64,000 nt of DNA from Nemertoderma westbladi (lineage: Eukaryota; Animalia; Xenacoelomorpha). The stretch's first letter is position 1; the number at the start of each line of letters is the position of its first letter. The notes under the pieces were generated by a model, which was given only the letters and a program-made list of their open reading frames with translations, was not told the origin of the DNA and searched no databases. Positions 34,996 through 45,850 of this stretch are shown here, one piece after another. The stretch is taken from NCBI GenBank assembly GCA_032718475.1, contig JAUCBJ010001007.1, positions 7,674 through 71,673 on the forward strand. Reading direction: 5' to 3'. The translations under genes and the position numbers were made by a program.

Positions 34996-36640
34996 GGACT
35001 CCCCAACGTGATACGTCTGGAGTGGGTGTATGACTACATTGTTTTATCTATTTTATTATATTTTTATATGCGAACTTTATTATGTACTTTATTATAATCG
35101 TTTTTATTCAATTTTATTTAGTAGAATGTTATTTTAGTGATTATTTAGTAGATTAGTGCAATGTATTAGTGTTTATTATGTACGTAATTACTTATAATAT
35201 ATATTTAGTGCGACGGCGAGAAAATAATTATTTTTCTCTTTCCTTACTGTCCGTATCATATTGTAAATACGTGACTACAGTAAGATGAAATGTCCGTACT
35301 TAGTAAAGTACAATAAAGCCACTACTATATTCAAGTATTATTGGTAGGCAGAGTATTAGGAATGCAAAGTTCAGATCCTCGTGTCTCGGCTAAACCAAGC
35401 TCTGGGTAGACCTTGGAAACGACTTGCCTCTTCACACTGACATTGCTTCGTGCGATATTGCTCTTCTACCTTATATTAAATAATACATATAGTAGCGTGA
35501 TGTCCCTCTAACAGTAGCGTAAAACGCAAATAAATCTGTTAAACCTTTTGACCATCTGTAATTCTAGTCGATTAAGATATCGCGGCACCCACCGATATAC
35601 TTGAAAGACAAATTCTAGAATCAGTGGTTAACGTCCCCAGACAAGTTCTGGAATAAATCGGTGCCCATCTTAAATATTAATTTAATATTTAGTAAAAATC
35701 TGTAAAATTCAGGTCCTTTGAAATTTCTAGTCAATTAAGATATCGCAGCACTTACCGATACTCTTAAAAGACAATTTTATAGAATTAAGGATCCTATGTC
35801 CCCAGACCTGCTCTGGAATCAAATTGTGTCAATTTTAACATCAAATAATAAAATTCACGGGAATAAATTCAAATTCATATTTTAAATGAATTTCATAAAT
35901 TGTCATTTTGTACAATTTATAACATTCCCAAAATTCCATTAATTAATAGATCATGGGAGCGGAGATTCATCCTATTGAGTGTATTAGAGTGCGAGAATCT
36001 CCAACATATAGTCAATAGCCGATAAAATTAATAAAATCATGCATAAAGAGGATATTGACAATTAAAGAATTATTATTAAATAGCATCCCAGATCTGTATG
36101 CATGAGAATTACCCTAATTCTACCGCTAGCATTCCATAATGTCACCATAGCAACACCCACGCTAGAATTAGAAGCAAGTTAAGAGAACAATAGAAAGCTT
36201 GTCACATTGCATAGCATAGAGAATACATAGCACACTGTTAGTATCCAAGGATACACAGTAATAACGTGACATTCTGGAAGGCACTGACTAACGGACAAAT
36301 GGCCTGTATGTGTATAATTGGTGACAGTTGTGTGGAATTTGTGCGTTTATAGGTGAATGTTACTGCTAAAGTATGTTTACAGTAGCTAGTCGCAATTGTA
36401 AAAGTAGCCCAACTCCCCTATAGAAAGAACCTAAGTGGATCCAAGCCTTTGGGACGGACAGTGGAGTGACTTGTGCCGGTTATCGTTGTCGTGCTGTTGC
36501 TACATGTTGGCGTAAACACCGCGACGACGGTACATCGGCGCTGAGAATCCCACTGTCCGGGGGCAAAGAGAAGTAGGCAGCGACGCCCGCTCGCCTAAAA
36601 TATAAACTTATTTTGATATTAATAAACTCAGATAGCAGAT

Positions 36641-39600
36641 ATGACGGAGTTGATAGAAGATGATCTTGGTATTAGGGAGCGATATACTCTACCTTTACAA
36701 GCATTTGTGGATAGCTTAATACGCGGTGAAGCCGATCCAACCATTACGGAGGACGATGGTCGTTATATCGAACCGCCGATGTCCCAAGAGCAACTTGCGC
36801 GTGAATTGGACTATCGAAAATTCACCACTCGCTATACGAATCGTAATGGTACGTATATGGACTTCTTAACTACCGGCCACCCTATCGATTTACATGATAC
36901 GGACGATGTAGATACAGAGAGGGAAATGGTTCTATTTAAATATCATACCCAGCGGAGTCGTAACGATAAACCGAGAATAGATCACGAAAATTCTATTCGT
37001 AATAGACTGGAAAGAGAAAACGTTGAAGAACCGGATAAACGCATCGACTTCAACGAATACCTAGAATTTTTGAGAGAAACCTATCTCAACATCGCTAGTC
37101 AGCAGAACTTAGAGACTCGATATCCTCAAGGTATACATCACGACCCTGTGGTAGAACTCAAACGGCTCTATTTCACTATGATGTATCTTACCGCCGATCG
37201 TCCACTACCTGTTATCCCGGATAGTTTTGAACAAATGGAAGAATATTGCAAAACTGGAGAACGTTCACCCGCGTTTCCTCTACAGGACGTACGTCTTTGG
37301 TATTATTGTGACGAATGCCCTAGACCCAACCAACAAACTGAAAGACACAAACATCCGCGGAGACGTTGCGCTAAACACAGTTTTACGCGTTACACTTACG
37401 GGAGTTTCGAGCGAAACCTGTTCGACGTACCACCTACGATCGCTCGTCTTAAACGATCACTGAATAAACCCATGATCAGAGTTCCGGAATACTCGGTCAG
37501 GCCTCCTCATTCCCTAGTGAGACCTCAAACTCTTGATCCTAACAGTATCACTGATCCTCCCGAACTATATTCCCTGTTCAAAGACTTAGTGTTACCCGAA
37601 CAATTAATCGGTGGTGCTCCGGTAGTGGGTTCGTTAGACATTCGCCCATCCTACTTAGCCGGATTGGGACGCGGGCAGCTAATATCGCCCTTTGATCCTT
37701 ACAATCGTCCAGGATTAAACCCGATGCAACCCGCCACGGAAGTCGAGGAGAGCGTTATAAGAAACGCTTTAGACGCCATTCGACAGAAAATCGGAAAGGG
37801 AACACAAGATTGTTTAGAGAAACGTAAACTACAGCAACAAGTACAATCGGTGAAGGAGTTAGCCTTGCCACAGTTCGATAGAGAAATCCAAAACCTCGAG
37901 GAAGACATCGAGCTTGGACGCACGTATTCTCTACAAGAATTTTTAGGTGAACGCTTACAGAGACAAGCGGAAGAAAATCTACTCGAGGAGAAACACACGC
38001 AACTGGAAGAGAGAGAAGAAGTCGCTTTAGCCCAACATGAAGCTCAAATCCTCATGACAGACCTCTACTCTAAAACCGTTCGTCATCCCTCGATGATTCC
38101 ACATTTCGGAGACAAGCTCTTCGCGACGATACAACCTCAACCGGTTGACATCAGTACAGGATCGCAAAATCTTATCGCTGACGCCCCTATGTTACAGCGT
38201 CCGCCGATCGAGGCCGCTCGTGTTGACGGTATACTCGTTGAACCTCCGGACAATCGAGCGGATCTTGTCCGTCGTATGGTACACAATGTCAACATACGCG
38301 CTAGACCTTTACAGAACTCGTTTTATGGCATTAAAGACCACCCTTATTACGTTAATCTGACTCAATATTATATGGTAAAACCAGAAGACCCGACACATAA
38401 TTTAAAGTTTCTACCACTAATAAATCCTCTAGACATTGTCGAACTCGAACAATTGCAGAAACATCTGGATCAGTTAGTAAAGGTAAACTCATTTAGAAAA
38501 CCATATAACATTTCTCGAATTGAGAAAGATATAGAACCTCCTTATAATCTCGATGGATTTATTAAAACTCGATTAGTCCATTGGAATCTAGATGTATTAT
38601 TTGAAGAAGAGAAAATACAAAGATATGGAAATGTGGAGACGTATACCACTCGGCACATGAAGTATAGTGATCTCCCTGACGCTAACCAATGCGCCACCTT
38701 GTGGCATCCAGTAGGGATGACCCTAGAGAACGCCACCAAGGAGTGGAATGAAACTCTTAATGTTATTGAGATGTATGGAGTTGTCACCTACGATAATGAA
38801 GGTAGCGTTCCGGTCGGAGAACTAGGAACTACGCGCATGATCCACATACGCGGATTAGCTGGTTCTACCCACGTGTTTACTCGAGCGTGTTCCGACGTGA
38901 TTGATTATTCTTTTGAAACTCTCACCGAAACACAAAAGAATCTCCGACATGGACAATTCGAACTCGCGCAGCGTTACGTCATTGACACCGAACGCAAACC
39001 GGCCATGGGCATCGATGGATCGATGTTACCCCAGCCCGTACTCGAGATGTTATTCAACGAAAGAATCCTTAAAATCGGCTCAGCTGTTTATGGAGATCTC
39101 CAAAACGACTTTCGGAATATGTAGAACATTCCATACCCTTTCGTTGATACTCAGCTGATTGCTCCCTGGGCAGAAGGTCGAGGTTTCTTCCGCACCATGT
39201 ATGCTAATACGTCTAGCAACATAACAAAGGTGCAACGAACTTCCATCGGACATCTTGCCTTTCAGGAATACGGATGGAATTTCAAAGTCGGAAATCCCAT
39301 TAACTATCAACAAGTATACGGAGACCATTATTCTCGATTATACTTTGATGGACCATTGACCGCACCTGGCGCCGTGTATAGCTTCATGAGTGTTCCACTC
39401 CGTCCCTCCTTAGCTATATCCACGATCTTTGAAAACACCGCACTTGCCGGTTGGCTAGCCGATGTGTGCAGTCGTACCATACGCGCCCATCCATTAATAC
39501 TTGGGACCAAACTCGCTAAGCTAGATGAACATAATAAAATCATCCGTTTCGAATGTTTCCGGCGATTTTTAACCCCGTTCCGCAACGTGGATAGCCAATT

Positions 39601-40894
39601 TAAAGACCGCGCTTTGACCAAGCTCAGCCTAAGAAACTCAGCTGCAGAGAAGTTGGATAGCGCTGGATTCGCCGTTTTCCAAGAGATTTGTATATCGAAC
39701 TTGCACTCCTCTGTTATACAAAGACCTCGAATCCCCACAGGTTATTCTGTCGTGGAAATTCAGACAATAGGTCCACCTGAAGAGACAGACGCGCCCACTT
39801 CAGCTATGCACTTGGAAGACGAACCAATATGTCTAGAATCTGAAGAGATTCAGCCTATCGCGCCCCGGAACAGCGACAACGATTACATCATAGAATGGTA
39901 TCAAGGTCCACAGTGTCTCACTGCGTACGATTATCGACATGCCAACTATGTTTCTAGGCAACGTTGTCGGTTATGCGCATCGAGAGACCACGATACGCCC
40001 ATGGACACCAACGTCCGCTGTTCCTATTTCCAAGAACAACCGACTATGGAAATTTATTGCGCATATTGCAGACTCAATAACTTGCATATCTTTGCGGTTT
40101 GCCCTCAATTTATGACTCAATGTCACCATTGTCAACTAAAGGGACATGCCAGTTTCGATTGCCCTTTTAATCACGATTTGGAAAGCGTAGATGAAATGAT
40201 CACACTACGTTACATCAGAGCTTGGGAAGCGAACGCTGATTTACATTGTGATTCGCGCCATCGCTATTATCCCGGACGCGCTTACGAAGGAGTTTATGCG
40301 TTCCATCCTTATCTATTCGCTACGGTCGAACAGAAATCACGCATATCGAGTTACGAGCTACTGAATCGCGTCGGAGAATGTATTTCAACCAAATTCGTAC
40401 GCAAATTTCTCAGGAGTGTTAATCCTAGCGACCTTCATTCCTATAACTTAATCAATTATATCCGTCAGGATCCGGACTATGGAGACTTGTTTGTTAACTC
40501 ACACCCCGAGTTACAGGAAGTATATCGACGGCCTTACGAATACCGAGCCCGCGAACGCGAGTTGGAAAGAACCATTAAACCCCGGAGGTTTCTAACTGCC
40601 TATGGTCCACCCACGGCCCTCGTTCAGACCACTCGTAAAGGACCCGTAAGAGCGGCTGTCTTGAAACGAGCTCTCAAAGCCGTTAGACCCCTCTCCCCTG
40701 ACGTTGATGTCAATCAACCCGGTACTTCGACTGGCGGATACACCGAACATAATCCTACACCCTCTGATGCAATCATATTGCACCCTTCACCCAGAAGTTA
40801 TAGCCCTCCTTGTAAAGTGGCTCGCCCCAAAGAGAAAAGGACTCTGGCTAGCTTTAAAAAACTGCGTAAACGCCGTCCGCGCAAGAAAGACTAA
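36641..40894 (+). CDS. Element A ORF3: ~1,417-codon accessory protein (novel N-terminus, coiled coil, DEDDy-like exonuclease, triple zinc knuckle, basic tail), split by one in-frame TAG at 39122-39124
   Basis: 36641-39124 and 39197-40894 are in the same frame, and the gap reads NIPYPFVDTQLIAPWAEGRGFFRT. Motifs: TYDNEG, LPQPVLEML..ILKIGSAVYGD, FVDTQ, SIGHLA, GPLT..VYSFMS, then CRLC..H, CAYC..H..CP, CHHCQLKGHASFDC. Confidence 0.8.
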
Positions 40895-40972
40895 CTGTTT
40901 AGAGTATTTACATATATTAGAAACTGTGATTTTTGTATATTTATAAACTTGAATCCCATTTTCTGGGAGCGG

Positions 40973-42135
40973 TGTAAAAGCTTTTGCGGATATACTCAGT
41001 CCCCCTCTCCCGCAAGGTACCGTTATAGGTGTTTTAACGGACATAAAAGTCATTCTTCTATATACGTGCTTTGGCGGACATGGTAAGGCAAAAAACCCGC
41101 AATGCACCAAATACCCTTACACAGCTTAGCCTTGATGATTCAGATTACGACATCTAACAGCTGGTTGCTGACATGGAAACGGCCATTGGACACATGATTC
41201 TTTGTTTAGCTTAAGCCAATCAGAGCGATTTTTTCTGTCGATGTGGAGATATTCGGCCGATCATACTAGGAGTGTTGAGTCTTACTGTTTTTTCTGGATA
41301 CTTGTTGTTTCTATCTAGGCCAGGAACACCGGCTCTAGAGTCAATTCGTTTTCATACTTTAGAAGAAACATTAGTAGGCTTAAATTATAGAGCGTATAAC
41401 TGTTATCTTATCTTATCTCAATTCAGTCTTACATTATCGGTTCAACATACATTATTATACTGCTATTTACTGTTGTTTGGTTGAATATTATTTGGAGAAT
41501 ATTTATAAAGAACCCAAATTTCCCAATTTTCTTGATACGCTACAGGTTAGAGAGACGGGTTATATATAGCGATTGCGACTTATATTATTGTGGTTTGTAG
41601 TGAATTTAATGCTATTTGATAAGCACTACATGAGTCCGTTGCTGTTCTCTTTATATATGATAAAATTCATTGACGGTCGGCAAATTAGTGAGCAGTATTG
41701 TGTGTTACCGGTAGTGTGCCTGATTGTGACTGATAACTAAGCATTTCCTAAAGAATGCGCCTCATACGTGAATCATAAGCCTTACCGACTTACCGTTGTG
41801 ATTAGTATAAGTCATATCTCTGTTTACCTAGATAGAGCGCCACGTCCTAAAGGAACTGTTAATATTTCCCGAAAGTGAATAATATTAGTCAGAAATTATT
41901 TATTAACGATCAATCGAATAATACAGTAAGCTTACACTGCAATAATAATCTAAGCCCTCAGAATCCAGTCTCCCGGGTATATCCAGCGGGTGAATGGACG
42001 CGCACTAGGCTGGCTTCTGCTAATGTTGTGTTTATTGGTATTAAATATTTGTCAACTTCTAGAGTCTATTTATAAACCAAAACACCTATAAATTTTGGCA
42101 GGTTAAACTGCTAAAGGTCTTCAAAAGCGCGTACA
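40973..42135 (+). repeat. 3' LTR of element A
   Basis: Direct repeat of 23576-24746, preceded by the PPT and followed by TSD GGAGT. Confidence 0.95.
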
Positions 42136-43706
42136 GGAGTAGAACTTAAAGTGCCAATCTGTCAATCGTATTGAGATGGTAATTTTGCTTAATGTGAAAT
42201 ATTTAGCTATATAGTACATGTGAAAGAAACAGTAGCAAGTTTGGTATATTGCTGAACCATAGGATATAACATAAAATTATATGAATATACTGCTACATAT
42301 ATTTTCTAGAATCCCGTATCAGAGCAATTTCTAAGAAAAGAGAATAATTTTAGGACAAAATGGTATCATACAACATTTATAGAACATTTTTTTTAAATTA
42401 TACGATTATAATTTACCTAGTTTCCGTAGCAATATGCGAAAAATAACAATAAACGGAAATAATACCTGAAGCAAATTAATCTGAGTTATACATGATTTAT
42501 TTGCTGAAGGTTGGCCTTCAGCAAAATTGCTTCAGATGGCCTTGTATATCGTATGTATATAGTACGCCTTGTGCCCAAGTCACTGAATTAAGACACAATA
42601 TTCCAGGAGATGGCCTAGGTACGCACCAACGAAGTGGAACTGGCATATTTACCAATAATATACAAAAATAGCTATTAAAATAAGTTGTTTCAAAATTATA
42701 ATAATTACTATTGAAATGAATCATAAAAAAATGTTCTAGAAGACTTTTATTATAAAATTTTTCAAATATATGAAAAATTATTTTAAAAACGTGTGCCTAC
42801 TAAATTTAGTAGGTAGAATGCAGCTTTCATGGTCGTATAATTAGTATGTGATGACTGAACATGTTTTTATCAATATTTTGTCCACATTCCAAATGTTATC
42901 GGTTACCATGGCAACAGAGGCAAACTTGAATGGTCGGAAAGTAATTGTCTGGACTTGGCAACATGCAAGACACTAGATCCAACGGTTCCCCTTAAAAAAT
43001 TACAGGTATGGTAAGTATCTACTCCTGTGCCAATTATGGGAAGTTTGTCCAGAACGTCCACATTAACTTGCTAAGCGACCTGACTATAAGTCTTGATACA
43101 ATAAATAAATAGTTCTGTACCTTTATAGCTATTTATTTTATATTATTTGTTATTTTTTAAGCACCAAGTGTCCAGTCGTGTGAGGAGTGCAACAAGGTAA
43201 TAATAATATCCTAATATAATAGCAGCAATGTGAAATGTTTAAATTACTAGACTATTGTCGATATCATTGTATATTTATTGTCTTCACTACTTTTATGGAA
43301 GTTAATAAAGGTTAACAACGTACCTAGAATTGGGTTTATTTTTACAAACTATTTGAAGGTGATCTACATTACTACATTTTCATATATATTCCGTTTTTGG
43401 AGGTTAGTATACTTTTACTCTTGCTTTCATCGTTTCCATTTATTATGTTCAAATAAAAAGGAGGAAGAGAGAATAGAAAGAATAATGGCAAACAATCAGT
43501 TCACATTGCTCCTCATGTTTAACTTCATGAATTCTAATGTACTAATGTATGTAGCTTCACTCTTTCGAAATTCCTAAATACGCACTGCCTCAGGTTCCCT
43601 TTGTGTAAATTTGTGATCTTTTGTGTAGGTATCCCGGAAATTGTGTTCCAGAATATTGAGATAAACTATAGTAAAAATGAAAACGATTAAATTAATTAGA
43701 TTTGAT

Positions 43707-45368
43707 ATGTATATATTTAATGTATTATTAGTAGAAATATTTTGTCTAACTAACTCATTGGCAACTTCCAAGTGTAATGATAATGATAACTTGACTATTT
43801 TGTCTAATTTATTGAATTGTCTCACCCAAGACTATGACAATCGTTTTCGTCCAGTAATAAACGAAGAAGATCCTCTGGAGATTTCAGTTACCTTAAGTAT
43901 TGATTCTGTGGGACCTATCAGTGAGTCGGATATGAACTTCAGAATAGACTTCTCTTTACGACAGTACTGGACTGACCCGCGCCTTGAATTCGATCAAAAT
44001 ATAACTAAGGGGAAAGAATTGTCACTAGCTTCATTATTTCTTAAAAAACTGTGGCAATCAGACATCTATTTTCCAGAATCGTTGAAATCTCTCAAGCATG
44101 ACGTCATGACGCCGAATGTGTTGGTACGTATTTCCCCATATGGAGAAGTTCTCACCAGCACAAGAGTTACGGTTATAGCCAAATGTGCCATGTCCTTATC
44201 ATATTTTCCTTTGGATAGACAGAATTGCACTTTAACACTGGAAACATTTGGATACATTACGAAAGACCTTATCTTGAAGTGGAAAGATTTGGACAATTTT
44301 GGAATCGCGGTTGTACCAGTTCCAAATCTCAAACTCTCTCAATTTTCCTTGATGGGCTTCAATTTCACCACAGAACCATTGACAGTGGAATATTCCACTG
44401 GAAACTACTCTAGAATTGAAGTTGTGTTTGTATTCCAAAGAGAAATCACCTATTATTTACTCCGCATATATACTCCTGCGGGCCTCATTGTCGCACTTTC
44501 ATGGGCGTCATTTTGGGTTAATGCATTCTCAGTCTCAACACGCGCAGCAATTTCAGTGACCACTGTTCTTTCACTAATAACTCTGGTTGGATCAACGTCT
44601 AGCTCAATACCCCCAGTAAGTGAAGTTAAAGCCATTGATGTTTACATTGCCGTGTGCTTTGCGTACGTTTTCGGAGGACTATTAATATTCAGCGTTGTCC
44701 ATTATTTCTCGGATAAATCAAAAAAACAGCGGGTTTCGGAAACACAACTGGAGATGGAACCTCAGCAGTCAGGAACCATGATGACATCCTATTTTGATAA
44801 AAGGTATAAAACAAAAATAAATGGGTCTTCGCATCGTGTAGAGCACATGATACGGCGGCATGGTAGTCCAAATGAAGATGTAAAGAGTGTTTGCACTAAA
44901 ACAATTTTAGTAAAAGAGCAACAACAATCCGGTGATCAAGACCGCAGAGAAACATGCAACAGTCGTAGTTTGCACGATGTGAGCAGTAGAACATCAACAG
45001 CCATGTCACCAGTTGGCCAATCGAGTGCACAAAGTAGTACAAAATCCGCAGACAATATAATCAAGGAATATTTCAGAAAAGTTGTATTTAATGCAAGGAA
45101 TATTTTAAAAAGTGTTACAGTAACAAGAAAGCAACTACATTCCAATGAAGCAGAAAATTTGGGAAATGTTGGAGTCGAAAGGCGTGGACAAATTAAGAAG
45201 AAATTAAAACTCAAAATTTTTCATAAGATCGATTACTGCAGCCGAATGTTATTTCCTCTATCCTTTTTTATTTTTAATATCTTATATTTTGTGGTATATT
45301 GCAAACTGGCTAGTCTCGCCACGTTCGAGTATACGCATTCTTACCCCTTGTCGGATGAAAATAAATAA
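43707..45368 (+). CDS. Cys-loop ligand-gated ion channel subunit, single coding exon, copy 2
   Basis: Cys-loop CAMSLSYFPLDRQNC, LRQYWTDPRL, four TM helices. Start placed at the second Met (MYIFN) by comparison with copy 1; an in-frame upstream ATG lies at 43677. Confidence 0.93.
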   Translation: MYIFNVLLVEIFCLTNSLATSKCNDNDNLTILSNLLNCLTQDYDNRFRPVINEEDPLEISVTLSIDSVGPISESDMNFRIDFSLRQYWTDPRLEFDQNITKGKELSLASLFLKKLWQSDIYFPESLKSLKHDVMTPNVLVRISPYGEVLTSTRVTVIAKCAMSLSYFPLDRQNCTLTLETFGYITKDLILKWKDLDNFGIAVVPVPNLKLSQFSLMGFNFTTEPLTVEYSTGNYSRIEVVFVFQREITYYLLRIYTPAGLIVALSWASFWVNAFSVSTRAAISVTTVLSLITLVGSTSSSIPPVSEVKAIDVYIAVCFAYVFGGLLIFSVVHYFSDKSKKQRVSETQLEMEPQQSGTMMTSYFDKRYKTKINGSSHRVEHMIRRHGSPNEDVKSVCTKTILVKEQQQSGDQDRRETCNSRSLHDVSSRTSTAMSPVGQSSAQSSTKSADNIIKEYFRKVVFNARNILKSVTVTRKQLHSNEAENLGNVGVERRGQIKKKLKLKIFHKIDYCSRMLFPLSFFIFNILYFVVYCKLASLATFEYTHSYPLSDENK

Positions 45369-45850
45369 GTTCTATGTTTTAGAGATTTGACTATTCTAGT
45401 CATAATAATTAATTTAGATACTAATATTTTAATAAACCAAATTCATTGCATATCGTTTCCATTATTGAATATTATTGTAAATGAACACATTCATTTGATC
45501 GAAATAGTTTTGGCTTTGATTGCAATAATAATTTTATCAATTAAATTAATTTGTTTCAACAAGTGATGGTGGCGGTTTCGTCAAATGAAATGCAAAGTAA
45601 CCATGTATGTATGTACACAATGTAAAATAAAACCCATTTAGGGTCAAACACCTTAACATATTGTTAAGTTCAGACAATAAGTCCAGATCAATTAGGTCTG
45701 TCTGTTGCCATGGCAACTGAAACAATTGGTAATCTCAATCTGTAATAAAAGTAGAAAAAATCAGATGGCCGAAAACACAAAAAAGTGGCCAACAAAGGTG
45801 TGTAATTTGACTTAATTTGACTTTCTCAAACTATATAAAAATATATATTC

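Larger units (their letters stand above)
23576..42135 (+). mobile_element. Element A: full-length 18.56-kb Bel/Pao LTR retrotransposon
   Basis: Two ~1.17-kb direct LTRs (TGT...ACA), 5-bp TSD GGAGT (23571-23575, 42136-42140), PPT GGGAGCGG (40965-40972), gag-PR-RT-RH-IN order. Confidence 0.97.

Noticed and set aside
36641-40894. env gene in the usual third-ORF position
   Set aside because: No signal peptide, transmembrane anchor or fusion-protein cysteine pattern; motifs indicate exonuclease and zinc knuckles.
43677-43706. First ATG (MKTIKLIRFD) as the true start of copies 2 and 3
   Set aside because: The equivalent ATG is out of frame in copy 1 and the signal peptide begins at MYIFN; it cannot be fully excluded.
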